From positions 50,967-114,966 of the forward strand of contig CAZACW010000001.1 of the NCBI GenBank assembly GCA_964483785.1: 64,000 nt of DNA. Reading direction: 5' to 3'. The notes below the pieces were generated by a model. That model did not search any database and had not been told where the DNA came from. It worked only from the letters and a program-made list of their open reading frames with translations. This document shows positions 15,001 through 30,000 of this stretch, in pieces. This stretch comes from an uncultured Planctomycetales bacterium. Its GTDB lineage: Bacteria; Omnitrophota; Gorgyraeia; Zapsychrales; Fredricksoniimonadaceae. Both the position numbers and the translations under genes were made by a program. Within the stretch, counting starts at the first letter, position 1, and each line of letters opens with the position of its first letter.

Positions 15001-18000
15001 TCCTGGTTTTTCCAGGCCGTGACAGCAGCGGAATAATTGGCCAAAATATTGTTCGAAAAGGCCAGGCCCGAGTTGATTTGGGCCGGGCTGGGCAATAAAT
15101 TGCCGGTATCTTTTTGGGTCGCGATCCAGCTGGCCAGGTTGGCCGCGGCAGTGTTGGCATCCTGGGCTGCCTGAGCAGCCGCGGCCTGGGCATTGGGATA
15201 ATCACTGCTCTTGAAACTCAGGGCCTCCCATACCGTGCTGGTCTTGGTGACAATGGGCAAATTGTATACGGCCAGTTCATCGTTCAATTCCTGGATCTCT
15301 TTGGGAAGTAAAACAATCTCCGATTGAATATAGGCGATGAGCTGATTGATCCACACGACCACGTCGCTGTTGGCGGCTGCACCGCTGTACTTTTGAAGCT
15401 GGCCCTGCCAATACGGCAGGGCGGTATTGAAGGTCTGCAATTGATCGGTCAAGGAAGCGATCCTGGCCTTGGCATCCGCGATGCTGGAAGCGATCAAGAG
15501 GTCCTGGACTTGCTGGGTGGATTGCCATTTGGCCAGTTTGGCTTGCAGGCTCGCCAGACCAGCCTGGCCCTGGGTCACGGCGGTCTGGGCAGAAGTTAAA
15601 TCCGATGGTTTGACGCTTAAGGCCGTGGCAATGGTCGTCGTGGGCAGAGTGCCGGCCAGATTGCTTAAGGTGTTTAAGTTTGTGGCCAGGGTGGCGATCT
15701 GCTGCTGCAAGGCGGCCAAATTGACTGCGCTGAAAGGATCTGCCGTCGGATTATTGTTAAATTCATGCATGATCTTAGTCACGGCATCGCGGGCGCCGCT
15801 GGTGCCGCCGCGGCTTGCCTCGCTCATGAATTGATCGAAATACTGCGCTGCCGGGACCCCATAAACCTGCTTTTCCTGCAGATAAGCCTGCAGCCAGACA
15901 AAGCCGTAAATGGCCATCAAATCTTCATCCTTGTTCAGCAGCTGCACCGTGGAGCGCAGAACGGCGTTCCAGCCCTGATTGCGCATATTTTCGATCTCCC
16001 CGCGGCGCTGAGGGATAGAAGCAGCCTGCCTGGCCGCTTCCTGATAGGCAGCCAGTTTTTGTTCATAGGTCAGGCTTTTCTCATCGACAGAAGGCGCGAA
16101 AAGCCCCAGCTGCCGGTAAAATTCCTGCAGGGGCCTGTCGCTGATCGTCGGGGAAGGCCCGATCTTGATCTCGACCGGTTTCAAGAAAGGAAGATGGTCG
16201 GTCACCGCGGTCAATGTTCCGCTTTGCAAGTCCTGCCAGAGGCCGATGTCCTCATTATGGGCCTCTTCCTCGGCGACCCATGCCTGGCCGAATTCCAGCA
16301 GGGCAAACTGGCCCCTCTTTAAATAAGCACCGCCGGTGACGATCAGGGGCGCGCCCTGGCCGGCGGCTTTTCTGATCTCCACTTCCTTGACCAAACGGCC
16401 GCCCAGCGAATACTGGTGCGCGTAAGCTGATCTGCCTTTGCGGACCTCTGCTTCCGCGTCGGTCATGGCATGGGTAAAGCGCACGACCTTAGCCACATCC
16501 TGCTTGCTCGTCAGATAAAGGGCGTTCTTGTTATAAATGATCGCGGCCAGCGGCGTTGCCCGGGGCTTGAGTACAATCCCGATGCGCTTGTTCTTGGTAT
16601 CGATGTACACCTCGCCGATCTGGGCCTTTTGCAAAATGGGCCAGATCTTGTCAAAATCCTTGCCAAAGGCCGTGCGGATCTTGGGCTCTTCGGCCTTCAG
16701 GTCCGCGGTGAGGCGAAGCTGGGTGGATGTCTCGGTCCGCACGGCCCAGTTGTTTTGGGTCAAAATCTTGGAAACCGCGCTCCAGTCCAATTTGACCTGC
16801 TCATCTTCCATCTGGGCCCGGGTGATGCGGGCCGTCGGGTTCATGTGAATGCTGGCAGACTGGATAATGGCCTTTTTAAAGTATTGATCGAATTGCGCGG
16901 GGGTGATCTGGTTGTAAAAATTCACTTGTATAGGCTGGATAGGCTTGCCCGCTTCCAAAAGCGGCGCGATCTCCTGCATGGCCTTCTGGGAAAGGATGAC
17001 GAATTTGACATCGTCCTTGCCGACGTGGGCCATCACCGCGGCACTGCCGTATTCGCTCCCTAATAAACCGTCGTGGTCCGCCAAAATATACCTCGCGTCC
17101 TTATGTTCCTGGGGCAGGGCGTCGTATACCTTCTTTAAATGATCGCGCAGGCGTTCATTGCTGAAGCTCCTTGGATTGTAAAGAATGGGCTGGTTTTGGG
17201 CATTGGCAAAGGTGCTTGGCCCTAAAACGCTGATCCGCGTCTCTTGCGGGACGCCCTGGGGCGTTAATCCGTCGAGGCTTGACAAAGGCTTAAAGACCAT
17301 GGGATCAATGGTGGCGCTGTCATAGGAATACCAGGCCACGGCTTCCGGCGCGCGGCTGACCTGGCCGAACCTCATTTTGAAGGCCTCCGGAGAGAAAATC
17401 ACGTACGCCAAATCTTCCTTCGTGCCGTTCTTTCCGACGGAGATGGGCGCCACGTCCGCCCAGCGGTTGTTTTGATAAACATGGTCCAGCACCACCGGCA
17501 CTTCATTATCGCGGAAAAGGCCGGGGATGAAACGGCTGGTGGCCGGGTTGAATAAGCCGGCATTGACCTGGCGGCCTTTCTCGTCATGGCCGGCCTGGAT
17601 CATGGCCGCGGTCTGCAAAGTGTCCTCCAGCTCAAACAGCGACGGAACGCGGTAAAGGCCGGGGGTCTTATCATAGACAAAGGCGCGGAAAGCCTCATAA
17701 ACCCCGCCCTGGCCCTTGGTCTGTGCGCGCTCCTTCCAATTGACGATGAAGGCGCGGGTGACGGCGATTTCATGTTCAAACTTTTCAAATTTGGTCCCTT
17801 TCAAGGAACCGGCCGGGACCTTGGTCGTAAGCATGACAAAGGCCAAATTGCGGTCATGATTCAAGGCGGCATAACGGTTGTATAATCTTTCCGGCATGCC
17901 CCATTCCCTGACAACGGGCAGCATTTGCTCGATGGGCATGAGCTTGTTGGCATCGCCGAAGAAATTGCCCACCCCTCCGGGCCTATTCCCCTCCTTGTCC

Positions 18001-21000
18001 CGCTCGCCCCAAAGCAAATCGCCTAAGCCCGGGGCCTGGCTTAAGATCCTGGGCACGGCGGTTTCCATCATTTCCACCGGCCCCAGACGGTAAAGTGTGG
18101 CTTCTGCCCTCTTGGTCCATCGGCCGTCTTTGTCGATCACGGAATCCCAGAGAAAATCCTTATGGTCAATCAATAAGGTGTCAAAAAGCCGCTCCAGAAG
18201 GGTGTCCTGATTGGTGCGGATCAAATGGCCCACGCCTTCATGGTCTGACTGGACGTAGCCGTTATAAAGCTGAAGGAAGCGGTCGACGAGGACCGGATAG
18301 CCTAAAATGCCGGCCTTGGTGATATTGCTGGCGATCTGGCCGATTTCGACGTAGGTATTGTATTGGCTGGGTAATACAGGCGTGAGACGAATGACATTGC
18401 CTAACTGAAGGCCGAGAATGGCATTGGCTGGGACTGTATTTAAGCCGATATTAATGCCGATGACACTGCGCTGGGGGCCGATGGGTCTGAAGGCATTGCT
18501 GATGAGCTCGCCCGTGGCTGTATGGTCAACGCCGGGGATGGGTAAATTGGCAAAAACATCCGCAATCCCGGCGGCAACACCAAGGGCTGCAGCCGGATCT
18601 TCCTTGGTTTGACCGGATAATCTGATCCTGATGGTTTCCGCTAATTGCTGGTCCCTGATCCTCTGAGCTTCCTTGTAATGCCACATCTCGGATAATTGCC
18701 GGTTAAAATCAATGGCCTGCTGGCGCGCGATTTCATTGTCCGGATGAAACTGCAAGGACGCAGGCACAGGGGCCTCGCCAGCCCTCGCCATAGACGGGGC
18801 CAAGACGGCCGAGAAACCTGCAAAGAGCAAGGCGAGAAAAGCAAAGGAAACAAAGATACCGGATACAGCTCTTGCAGGCAAAATCCCGGAACCCAGGATA
18901 AATCTCTTGATTGTTCTATATATGGAGGCGATTACGGCGCCACCCAAAGCCATTGTGCTTGCCCAAACACTTCCTACAGCTCGCACAGTTCCTACACCTT
19001 GGGCGCTTATGCCTTCTTGGCTATTCAATCCGCCAATCGGGCTAGATTCGCTGCTAAATTCAGCATCAACTGCATTTCCTACATACGTACTGCCGACAAA
19101 CCCAGTACGAGAACGGGTATAGCTTGCTTCTACTGCATCGCTTGTATCATTCCCGCTTACCGCGGAAATGTCCATTCTGACTTCTGGAACTGCTGGTACT
19201 GCTTCAGTTTCATTCCTGCTGAAACTGGTTGCTGCACTTGTGCTGATTTCACCTTCATCTACGACTACTGCACTTCTTGCACTGCTTACTTCTTCTGCTT
19301 TTTGTCCTGCTTCGGCTTTGTTTTCGGTGGGCGGAGCTCGCGCTAAGCCACTGTTTCCAAAACCGCTTGAAACGGTACTATTTTCCTCAACTACTGTACT
19401 GCCAACTACTTCGCTTCTATTCCCTTGTCCTTCGCTTTCTACTGTCAGACCCATCGGGAAATGGGCGACAGTTAACTGACGACCCGAGTCGCCGCCAAAG
19501 GACCGCAGGAATTTATCCGACGGTCCGCCAGGCGGAACCTCCCTATAGGATCCCGAAGGACCAAGATTTACTAATCTATATCCTGCGCTATGTAAAAATA
19601 CATAGGCTGGAGGCGGTAAAAACCCTGGGCCATGGCCTACGGCAGGAATTTCACCCATGCCTATGGTCAATCCTGGGATATACGGCAAAACCGGCACATA
19701 AGGCCCGCGTGGAGTGTAGGGCGATGCGCCAACAGGCTCAAGTTCTCTCTCAGGCGCTTCAGCTGGCTGCGGTGCTGCTGTAGGCTCTGGCTGCGGAGTG
19801 GCCTCAGGCGGCGCCGTGGCCCCAGGCTCCTCTGCGAACACAGGCAATTCTTCAGAAACAGGCGCTGCTGTTGGCTCAGGCGCCGGCGTCTGCGGCAATT
19901 CTTGCGGCTCAGCCATGCCTTCTATAATAAGGGATGTCTCTGGTCGTGCTTCTTCAGCCACCAAACCCATGCGTCCCACAGGTCCAACAGGAGCTTTCGG
20001 TTCCGGCAACATGGCTGATTCCTCAGGTACAAAGGGCGCGGGTTCAAAATCAAAGATCATTGGGTTTGATCCGGTTGAACCTGGTATAGGCCGGGGCGGC
20101 AATACCCGCGCAGGTTCAGGCCCTTCATGATTCGGCCCTTGGCCTTGCGGAGGATGCTGAATCCCCAGGCCCTGCGGCAAAACAGCTTCTTTGCGGAATC
20201 TCTTGATTAAATCTTGGACATCCGGAAAGGCCGGAACACTGACCCTGCGCCAAATCTGCAGATGTGCCAGCACATCCATGGTCATGACCGGCACGGCGCC
20301 ATAGGCCAAAAAGAGCATGGAATGTAAAATTTCAGGAAGCAGGGCTGGTTGAGCTTCCGGCACATAATGTCCAAAGACCACCGCGGCCGAAGCCTTGGAA
20401 GTGATGTGCACCAGACCCATGGCGCCCAAGCCTATGGCCCCTACTATTAGAGAAGCCCTGCGGCCGGCCCCGTTCATCCAGCTTGAAGCTGATGAGGCGG
20501 CCCTGGCGCTCTTGACCAGTCCAGCCAAACGCTGCAGCCTGTCTCTGTCAAGTTTCATTCTCTGCGCATACTGCACGATCATCTGCTCGATATCATCCGG
20601 TAAAACATCCGCGGCAGGCAGGGCCTTGATCTTGTCAATGGCCTGGCGCTCGATATCTTCGATGTTCAAAAGATTCAGCCGTTGCTCGAGCACCGCAACG
20701 ATTTCATCCATGATGCCGAGCGGATCCTTGCTGTAATCTGAGTATCCATCCAAAACCGCCTTGATCTGCTGCGCCAGGGTCCCGGGCTTGACATCAGCCA
20801 TGGCATTGATCAGCGCCGCAATGGCCAACAAGCGCTGAGTTTGCTCAGGCTTATCTTCAGCCCTGGTCCACCCGGACAAAACAGCCTCGATCCGGTCGCT
20901 GACATTTTCATCCGCCGCCGCCATGGTCCATTTGACCCGCAAGGCCATCGCTTCCGCGAGCGGATTCTCGACGATGGGCACAAAGACCCAGCCGCTTTGC

Positions 21001-24000
21001 CTGTATTTTTCTTCCAGATACGCAAGGGCCTGACGGAACACCCTTGCCGGCAAATCATCCTGGTCAGCCGAAGACCGGATGGACCTGGCCAGGCGCTGTA
21101 ATCGCTGATCTGTACCGGCAGCATAGACCACTGGATCTGCCTGGATCGCCAGGATAAGTTCCTTGGCTTCCTGGTCAATGGTGTCTGTACTCAAGGCCCT
21201 GGCTTTACTTTCCAAATCCTTCACCAAATTAATCAAGGCATGGCGCAGGGCCTTCTCATGCGTCCTGCTGATGACACCCATAAGATGTCTATCCAGATCA
21301 TACAAGCCCAGGATATTTAAGATCTCATAGCTGCTTAAAATCCCGGCGCCGGTTCTCTTCAACTGTCCCGCGCTTAATCCATTGACCGCATTCCTTAAAT
21401 CGCTGATGGCGCCGCTTAAGGCCCTGGCCGCTTTCCAGCGGTCGATCGAAACAACGCCGTGCGCGTCTTGGTTACCGAATCTCTTGTGCAATTGAACATA
21501 CAATCTTTGCGCTTCCATCCATCGCTTGCCGGCTTCGCGCAGGGCTTGCAGGTTTTTGGCCACATCCTGCTTGTCCTTGGCTTCAGCCAGCGACGACAAA
21601 ATTTCGATTTGCGGCATGAGATTTTCCGCGGTGCGCAATTCCTGCAAGATCTGGGGCAATTGATCAGCCCCGGCCAAACCCAGGGCCAGGACAGAGGCCG
21701 CGAAACGGATCTCATGAGGACGGATGCCTGATCTTAAAAGATGCTCGGCTTCGGATACAGCGTCCGCGCCCTTGGCCAGGGCGGACATTTGATCGGCCAG
21801 GGCCGGGCTTAACGCGGCACGGGCATTGATCATGGCTATCACCCTGCGGCCCTGAGGCGTTATCCTGTCGTTTCTAAACAAGGACCCGTTATTGATGATC
21901 AAGGCCTTGACCGTCTCAGCAGCGCCGTTATTGATCTGCGGCCAGCCGCGCTGTGTATTCCAATGGCTTATGGCCTTCACAGGCTCCAAGGCTTCTCTTT
22001 GCCGGTTCTCATTCCAAGGCACCTGCATCACGGCAACGGCCCTGGCCATGGAATTGCCGGCTTCGACGTAATTTTTGATTCCTAAATAATCCAGGACGAG
22101 ATCATTGATCTCGTTTTGAATGCTCTGCCGCTCGGTATCGGTGGCAGCGGCCTGTTTCTTGGCCGCCAGATCGCGCAATTGGGCGCGGACAAAGGTGTTC
22201 ATCTCCGTGTCATCGGCATCCAGCACGATGTTCCAGGCATGTTCTCTGGACGTATAGCGGTTATTGTCGCCGGCGGCTTTTTGCGGATCACCGACGCGGC
22301 CCATGACCTGGCGCATCAGGGTGGCATAGAAAGGATCCAAGGCATAGATGGAGGCATTCAGGGCCCTGAGCATTTCGATGCGGCTCATCAAATTGCTTCC
22401 GGTCACGTCGCCGACAAAAAGCCCGACGGCGCTGGCATATTCCCCGCTGGCCAGCCTGGACCTGATCTCTGTGATGCGCTGATTGGTCAATACTTCATTG
22501 TCGCCGCCGTTGGCAGCAACCCCGAGCACAGGATCAGGCAGATAAACATTCTTGTCGATCCTTCCATTGTCCTGGGCCTCCCTTAAAAGTCCGATGATGA
22601 CTTCTGCCCTGGCATCACTGTAGGTCACGCCTCCTATCAATTCGCCGATGCCTTGTCTCTTGCTCTCTGCCAATTTGGCGATGATCTCTTGCGCCGCTGC
22701 CTTGGCCTGGGCATCAGCGCCGACGGCAACGGTGATGTTGAGATGGCTGCGTTCAATGTCTTCTGCAGCCAGCAATTCGCTCTTGGTGATGGTGACGATG
22801 GGCACATTCAATGTATCGGCCGCAGCGCCGGATATCGAAAGATTGCCTGACATGCCGTTGAGCCGCTCTTTAAGAAGGGCCATGGGCTCAACCGCGGAGA
22901 CCTCCTGAAGGTCCTTGCCGCCGGAGAGATAGGCTTCCATCATCAGCTTGCGCAATTCTTGTTTGCGGCCCTCATCCTGATCATCGTAATCGAGATTTTC
23001 CAGGGCCACGCGGCCGTTTAAGAGGGTGCCCATCACATGGTCAGCCAAAATCAGCTTCTGGCCTCCCTGGCCGGAGCGGCGAAGCGCATACGCCCCTTGT
23101 TGATCTTCGCTGACATCGTAATGGCGGCGGTTTTCCAATTGGCTGACGCGGGCCCAGACATCGGCCAGCGCCAAAAATGCGCTCGTGCCTTCCTGGTCTT
23201 TATCGACGAGCTTGCCGTCCTTGCCCATCTTGCTGCGGTTGGCAAAGCCTTCAAGGTCTTTGAATTCTGCTTCAGCCACCAGGCGTTTGCGGATATCTTC
23301 CACGGCCTTGAGGACAAATGGATTGCGGCTGATCTCAAACATCCCTTCCACAGGCTCATTGTTCTCGGGATTGATGGTGCTTGTAACCAGCGTACGCTCA
23401 AATTCCGGCTTCATTTTCAACGCATTCAAGGCCCGGATGGTTTCAAGGAAAAATCTCATCTGCAAATCATTTTCCTGATAATTTTCATCGGAAAGCTGGT
23501 CGGCAAAACTGCCCGGGCTCTGGATCTGCGGCGGGGCCACCACATAGCCTGAGAATTCATCAATGATAAGGCTGAATACGCCTTGGTAGGCGTCTTTATA
23601 ATGGTAGACCCTGTAGGCGCGCTGGCGGTTGAGCACAGACTCAATGTCCACAAACAGAAGTTTCAAATTGGTGCTGGGCTGATTGGAAGTCTCAATGCCC
23701 TTGATATCCACGGTGTTGAAATCATATTGCCCGGCCTGGGCTCCGGCCGTGACCTGCAATTGCCCGATCTGCATATAATTGGAGAGTTCCGCGAGGATGG
23801 CAGCGGCGATCTTATCATTCTGCAGGGCATCGATCAGCGACTGGCGCAGGGTCCAGTATTCAATGGTGTCTTTATCTGCCAGCACCTCCGGCGCAATGCC
23901 CATCTGCACAGCTGCTAAAACGCCGGCCAGGGTGCCGGAGGTTTTACCGCCGCTGGTTTCCAGGCCGCGCAAACTGCGGTATCTCAAATCCTGCAAGGAC

Positions 24001-27000
24001 AGGCCGGTCAAGACGCCCAAGACCACTTGATTGTCATCCTGCCGGTAATTGGCGCCTAACTGCTCCCTGCCCTTCTCAGCGAGGATCTTGGCAACATGGG
24101 CGATGATGTCTTTTTGCATGGCCACGGTCTGGCGCGGGCCTTGGCCAAGCCGTAATACCTCGTCGCTGCCTTCGATCTTGACCTTGCTTTCTTGTAATTT
24201 GACATTGGCCTCGGCGATGATCTTGTTGATATAGGCCTTGGTGACATTGCCGTTGCGGTCAAAGACCGTAATGGGCTTGCGCGCACCGATCATGGCCTTA
24301 TCTTTTGGCTTGGAAACCATGGCTGCGCTGGCGGCCTTGGCCAAATGATGATTGCCATTCGCTGAGGTATTTTGGATGCGGCTTTCCTGGTTACGCGCCT
24401 TTGTCCACCAATCTTTGAGCGTTGCCAGGGCCTGCCAATGATGATCTGCGGCCGGGCTTTCAGGCACGTCGGAAATCACTCTGTCAGGCCCGAGTTCTTG
24501 GGCATACTCTGTTCTGCCCTCGGCAAAATCCCTGCCCGCGGCCAGGGCCAATTCTAAGCGCGCCGGCATGATGATGATCACAGGCGGCAATGGCCTGCCG
24601 AACATGTCGAGGCCGCCGGCGCCCTGCAAGCCTGAAAAGCCGGCACCCTCGATCTTGATGACCATGTTCTTGGCTTCAATCATCACGGACCGCGGGGGCA
24701 GCCAATCCCCGTGCATCGGGCCGTTGGGTTCCTTACTCAAATAAACTTCGATCAACTGCACCAAATCACCCTCGAGGGCCTTATTATGCTTGGCATCCCT
24801 GCCGACGCCGTATTTCACGAAATAAGCCATGACCTGCTGGGGTGTTAACAAATGTTCGTGCTTGAACTCACCTCCGATATAGCGCCTGACCGTGCGCATA
24901 TTGGGCCGGTCAACGTCATCATCCGGGGCAATGCCGGCCTGCGCCTTGGCGATAAAGAGATCGTATTTATCTTTGTACTGGCTGGAGAGAATGGCCAAAA
25001 TGATCCTGCGCTGATCACCCTTGAAATGAGAAAGCTGATAAGCCAATTCCACAGGATCCAATAAATTCAAATGGACTAAGTCGACCAGGGTCATGGACAC
25101 GCGGGTGGACGAGCCGATTTGATCATCCGCCTTGTCCTGGGCCGCGTTTAAGATGGGGATAAGCATTGCATAATCCACGCGGGCAATGTCACGGATGTTA
25201 AGGCCTAGTTTGGCGGCCATGGCAAAATTGCCGGGATCAACTTGGGCGAATTCTCGAAGGAAAATCTTGGTGCTATGGACATCTGGGAAAGGAACACGCG
25301 AGGCAAACAGTGCGGCGATACGGGCATCAATATCTTCCACAGGCGGCGCCTGACCGTGATGCACTTGCATAACCTGTTTATACTTTCTTAAATCTAAGGA
25401 AGATGAGGTGTGCTGGATTCCCGGTTTTGTGGGGAGGACATTATTAGACACAGGAATGACAGCAGGCAACGAAGAAATATTTTGATAATTCCCCATTAAC
25501 TTGGCCAGGCCCTTGGTGCCGCCGTTGAGCGCCACGGCAATGCTCTTTAACCGGGCCTGACGGTCAGGATGACCTTCAGCCCAAAGCTGGGCAAAGCTGT
25601 AGACAATTTCAAAGGCGCGGGGGTCGTGCCGCAATTGACGAGCATGGTGGGCTTGGCCCAAAATCGTCACCAGGGCTTGATAGTTTTCAATTTTATCCAG
25701 GGCCTGCTTGAGCGCCGCGCGGCTGCGGCTGACCTTATCCAGGGCTGTCTTGACGCCGGCGCGGCCCTGTTTCCAATTATCATGGGTGACTTCCGCCGTC
25801 GGGTCGGTTTCATCCGGCGGGCTGGGCGGTATAAATTTGTAGATATTGCCGTTGATGCCGGCGGCCAGCTTAAAGATATTGCCCCTCTTGGCCTCATACA
25901 AGATCACCGCCACATCATCATAGGCAAAGACCTTAATGGAGTTGATGTTGAGGGACATGACCACGGTCGAGGAACCGACATGTTCAGGCTCATGGGTGAT
26001 CATGGCCTGGTTGTTCGATGGATGTAAAATCTTTCTTAACGTATCATACATGTCTCTTTGGAGCTGCCAGCGTCCTTCCTTGAAACCGTAAAAATCATCG
26101 CCGATCTGCAGATACCAGGCCTTGTCCATAGGCATAATCCGGATATCTGCATTGGGTATGAACAGGGGTTTAACGCTGAGTTCAAAAGGTTTGTCTTGTA
26201 AGCTTTCGAACCTTTCTTTGACCTCGGCCAGGGGCGTATTGTCATTCCTATAACCGACATGCATGAGCGTTATCTGGACCTTCCCAGACTGGTCAAAGTG
26301 ATTGGCTTTCAAATCAGCGATGATATTGTCCGTCAATGTATTGACCTCGTCGGTCCAGTTATCATGGCCGCGGAGTTTGGCCAATGGCGTCAAATGATAC
26401 ATGGCCACCTTATTAGGATCAGCCAGGGGCCTGGCAATGACCACTATGCCCTTTTTCCGGTCAATGGAAGTGACAAAATTCCTTTCATTGTCTGAGCCGA
26501 TTTCAGCCGCGACCCCTTCATTGTTCCCCAACCGTCCCTCCTGAAAATCTCCCTTGGCACCGCCGCCGATTCTCACAAATCCGGTGCCCATCATGCCCGT
26601 CAAGAGTGTCCTTCGCTCAAGGTTCGGGGCAGGCATGGCCCGATCAATGCCTATTACTTTCAACCAAGACCTGACCGTTGGGCCTAAGCCGCTTCTTTCC
26701 AATTTAGTCAAAGAGCCGTCCTCATTGATCCTGCGCGCATCATCGCCATAACCTGAATAATGGACCTTGATGACCGGGTGTTCGGAATTGTTGTCGACGG
26801 ACAGATTGATGCTTTCGTTGGGCTCAACCGGAATGATGTCAACTGATGCCCCTTGGAAGGCCGGCCCTAAGGTTTTGAGCAATGCATATGATTCTTTCGT
26901 GTCTTCTTTATAACCGGCAAAAGCGATATAAATGTGTTTGACGCGCAATCCCTGGTCCTTCAAATAGGCCGCCAACCGGGTCACGTCGCGCCCGGCTTTT

Positions 27001-30000
27001 TGCGGATCAAACATGGCGGAATAATCATCATGGGCGAAGAAATGCGCCAGGCCGATCCTGCCTGCGGCGGGGTTCTTGTCATCTCCTAAGACAAAGATTC
27101 CTCCCACACATTGCGAGGACTGGATTTCATTGGTGTCTATGGTCTGGCCCTTCGGCGCGATGGCAAAGATATCCTCAGCGACGAGCCCTTCGTTCTCGGA
27201 CATCATCTCTTGCGTGACCGGCGATCCTTCCAGATGGTAAAACATCACTTGATGTTCATCCATGAAAGGTTTGGCCACCGGTTCATAAGCCGGACGGGCC
27301 ATGGGCGGAGGCAAGGTCGGGGCCGCCGGCTTAGTAGGCAAAGGCTTGGGGCGCATTTCATGTCTCTCGCGCCCTTGGGCCTGGGCCGCGGTGGCAAGTA
27401 AGGTCGCCAACGGCAGGCCGAGTAACACCCCCCGTCTCCCCATTCCGGTCATGGCTTTATCCGCGGCCTGCAGGGGATCAACATCCATCTGCGGTTCAAC
27501 TGCCAGGGAGAACGGCGCCGTGACACCGTTGGCATGGGCCAGGTCAGCGGTGACATCATTTAAGTCAGGCTGCCCGATTGGCCCGCTTACAGCAGGAACT
27601 GGTACGGCCGACGGAGTCTCTGCTTCTTTCTTCGGCAGGCCTTTTAAGACGGCCACGGCCATGGTATCCGCCAGTAAACCTGACGTCTCATCATAAGATT
27701 GCTTGCCTGCTGATTTATATTCAAATAACACATTCTGCTGGCCATAGGCACGTAATCCAATACCTTTCCTGATCTCATCCATGGCATCCAGTTGACCGCG
27801 CCAATTTTGGTCATAAATTTTAAGGAAATCCTGCCGGCTGATCTTCCCTAAACCTATGGCGTCGGGGTTCTCCTGCTCAAGGGCATGATATCGATCCAGT
27901 AATTTCTGGATGATTTCATCTTCAAATGCCGCGGTTTCTTTGGGGCCAAATGGCGGCTTGGTTTCCCAATGGCTGGAGGGACTGCTGACATCCACCCCAT
28001 ATTGCGCCTGAATGGCATCGTACAATTCATTCAAGAATTGTTTTTCCACTTGGCTGGCCCTGGCCTTTACCTGTTGGGCCTCGACTTGTTCCCTGGCTTT
28101 CTTTTGCGCCCTTGACAATTTTTTGATATCAGGACTGAATCGTCCTGTTTTGGCCATATATTCGGCGGCCAGTTTCTGGTCTTCCGCTTCCAACTGGGCC
28201 TGGTAGTCGCGTTCTAAATTTTGCTTGATCAAAGCCGCCTGCCGTTGGATATACCTGCGGGCCGCTATAACAATGGCCCCCTCGGCAACATTTTTAAACT
28301 CCTCTGCCTGCAGAATGTCCCGTCGATCTTCTTCGACGACCCTGGTCTGGTGATTGAGGACTTCGCCATATTGATTGACGGTTTTAAGATTCCCGGCATT
28401 GATTCTCTCCACGCTTTCCTGGATCTTCTTGTACCCATAGCGGATGGTATTCAAAAGTTTCTCGGAATTCAACAGCACGCCGCCGTATTTGCTTAAGCTG
28501 GCGCTGTAAGGCTTGATCAATTCATCTTCAAAGGTCAGGTAGACGCGGGCCCTGCCGGGATTCTCTCCACGCGCTGTACGCCCGATCGTCTGCCTGTCGA
28601 TGCGCCTGGAATCGTGCATGCCGCCTAAAATCACATACAAACCTCCGGCGGCTGATGCGCGGGCGTCAAGCTTGATGTCTTTGCCGCGTCCGACCATGTT
28701 GGTGGTCACGGTGACCGAGCCAAAATGGCCGGCCCTGGCCAGGATGCGGTTTTCATCTTCCAAATTCTCCGTCGTCAATAATTCAGGGGTCACGCCCAAT
28801 TCACCCAGCCCTTTGCTCAAGACCCTCTGGACTTCCTTGGCTTGTTTCACGGATTTTAAGACCACCATCACCGGCTGGCCCGGCTTGGGGGCTTTTTCCA
28901 CTGTGCCCCATACCTTCTCAGCCATGGCCTGGGCAGCGACCATTTCTTCAGGCGTGGTGCCGGCTTCTATGCTTAAAACAATATCCAAGATTTCCTGCTT
29001 CTTGTTTTCCCATCCTGGTTCGACGCGGACTTGCGTGTCAGAAACTTTTCTGAGAATACCTCCGGCTGTTAAGCCCTCCACAATCTGCTCTCCCTTGGCC
29101 CCCAGGCCGGTGATGCGTGTGCGCGCAAAGGGCCTTCCTTGAAGAGTTTCCTTGATGTCTTCCAGGATCGCCGTATTTCTTTCTTCCTCGGTCTTATGGA
29201 CGCTGGCTTTTTCATCAATTCTCTTGCTTTGATGGGAGATCACAAACACATCCAAATCATAATTCTCCTTAAATTCATCGATGTCTGCCGTGCCTGTGGC
29301 CCCGCTGACTTTGCGGTACTTGCTCAAATAATTCTGCATCGTTGTTGAAGCGGTGGTCTGGCTCTCAAAGCCGATCTTGACCCCTCTATGGGCTTCCTTG
29401 GCTTCCAGGGCCAGGTGCATTCCTTCCGCCAAACGGCTTTGGTCCTTTTTACGCTGGGTGTTGGAATCAACGAGCACAACCATTCTCTGCTGTTCGATCT
29501 TGCCATTATTATTCACATAGCCCACCGGCAGGATGTAGTCAATCCCTTCCCTATATAGGAGTTGGGCCTTGAGCGCGTTTTCCAAATAAAACTTTTGGGC
29601 TATATGTTGCACATCAAATATTTGATCTTCGGGTTTCCAATACTCTTCTTCCTTGCCCAGTTTTTCAATCGCCGCCCAGGTCTTTTCGGAGAAACTGGCC
29701 GTCTTATCCTTATGATCGATTTCATAGCTCAGCGCTCCCTCTAACAGGGCCCAGATCCTGTTAAATTCGGCGTTATTGCCGCCGGCCCTTTTGACAATGT
29801 CCTTAACGACACTCTTATACTGCTGTAAATCCGGCTTGACGCGTACCTTGCTGGAACTTGGAGTACGGAACACAACGCCTTTTTGTTCCAATTCCTGCCC
29901 TATGGGGACGCCCGTAAATGTAGGCCCCATCATTTTTCTAATTTTCTTAGAGCTGGGAAGGACCTTAAGGTCCTTGGAATCCAGGGTATTGCTCTCCGGG

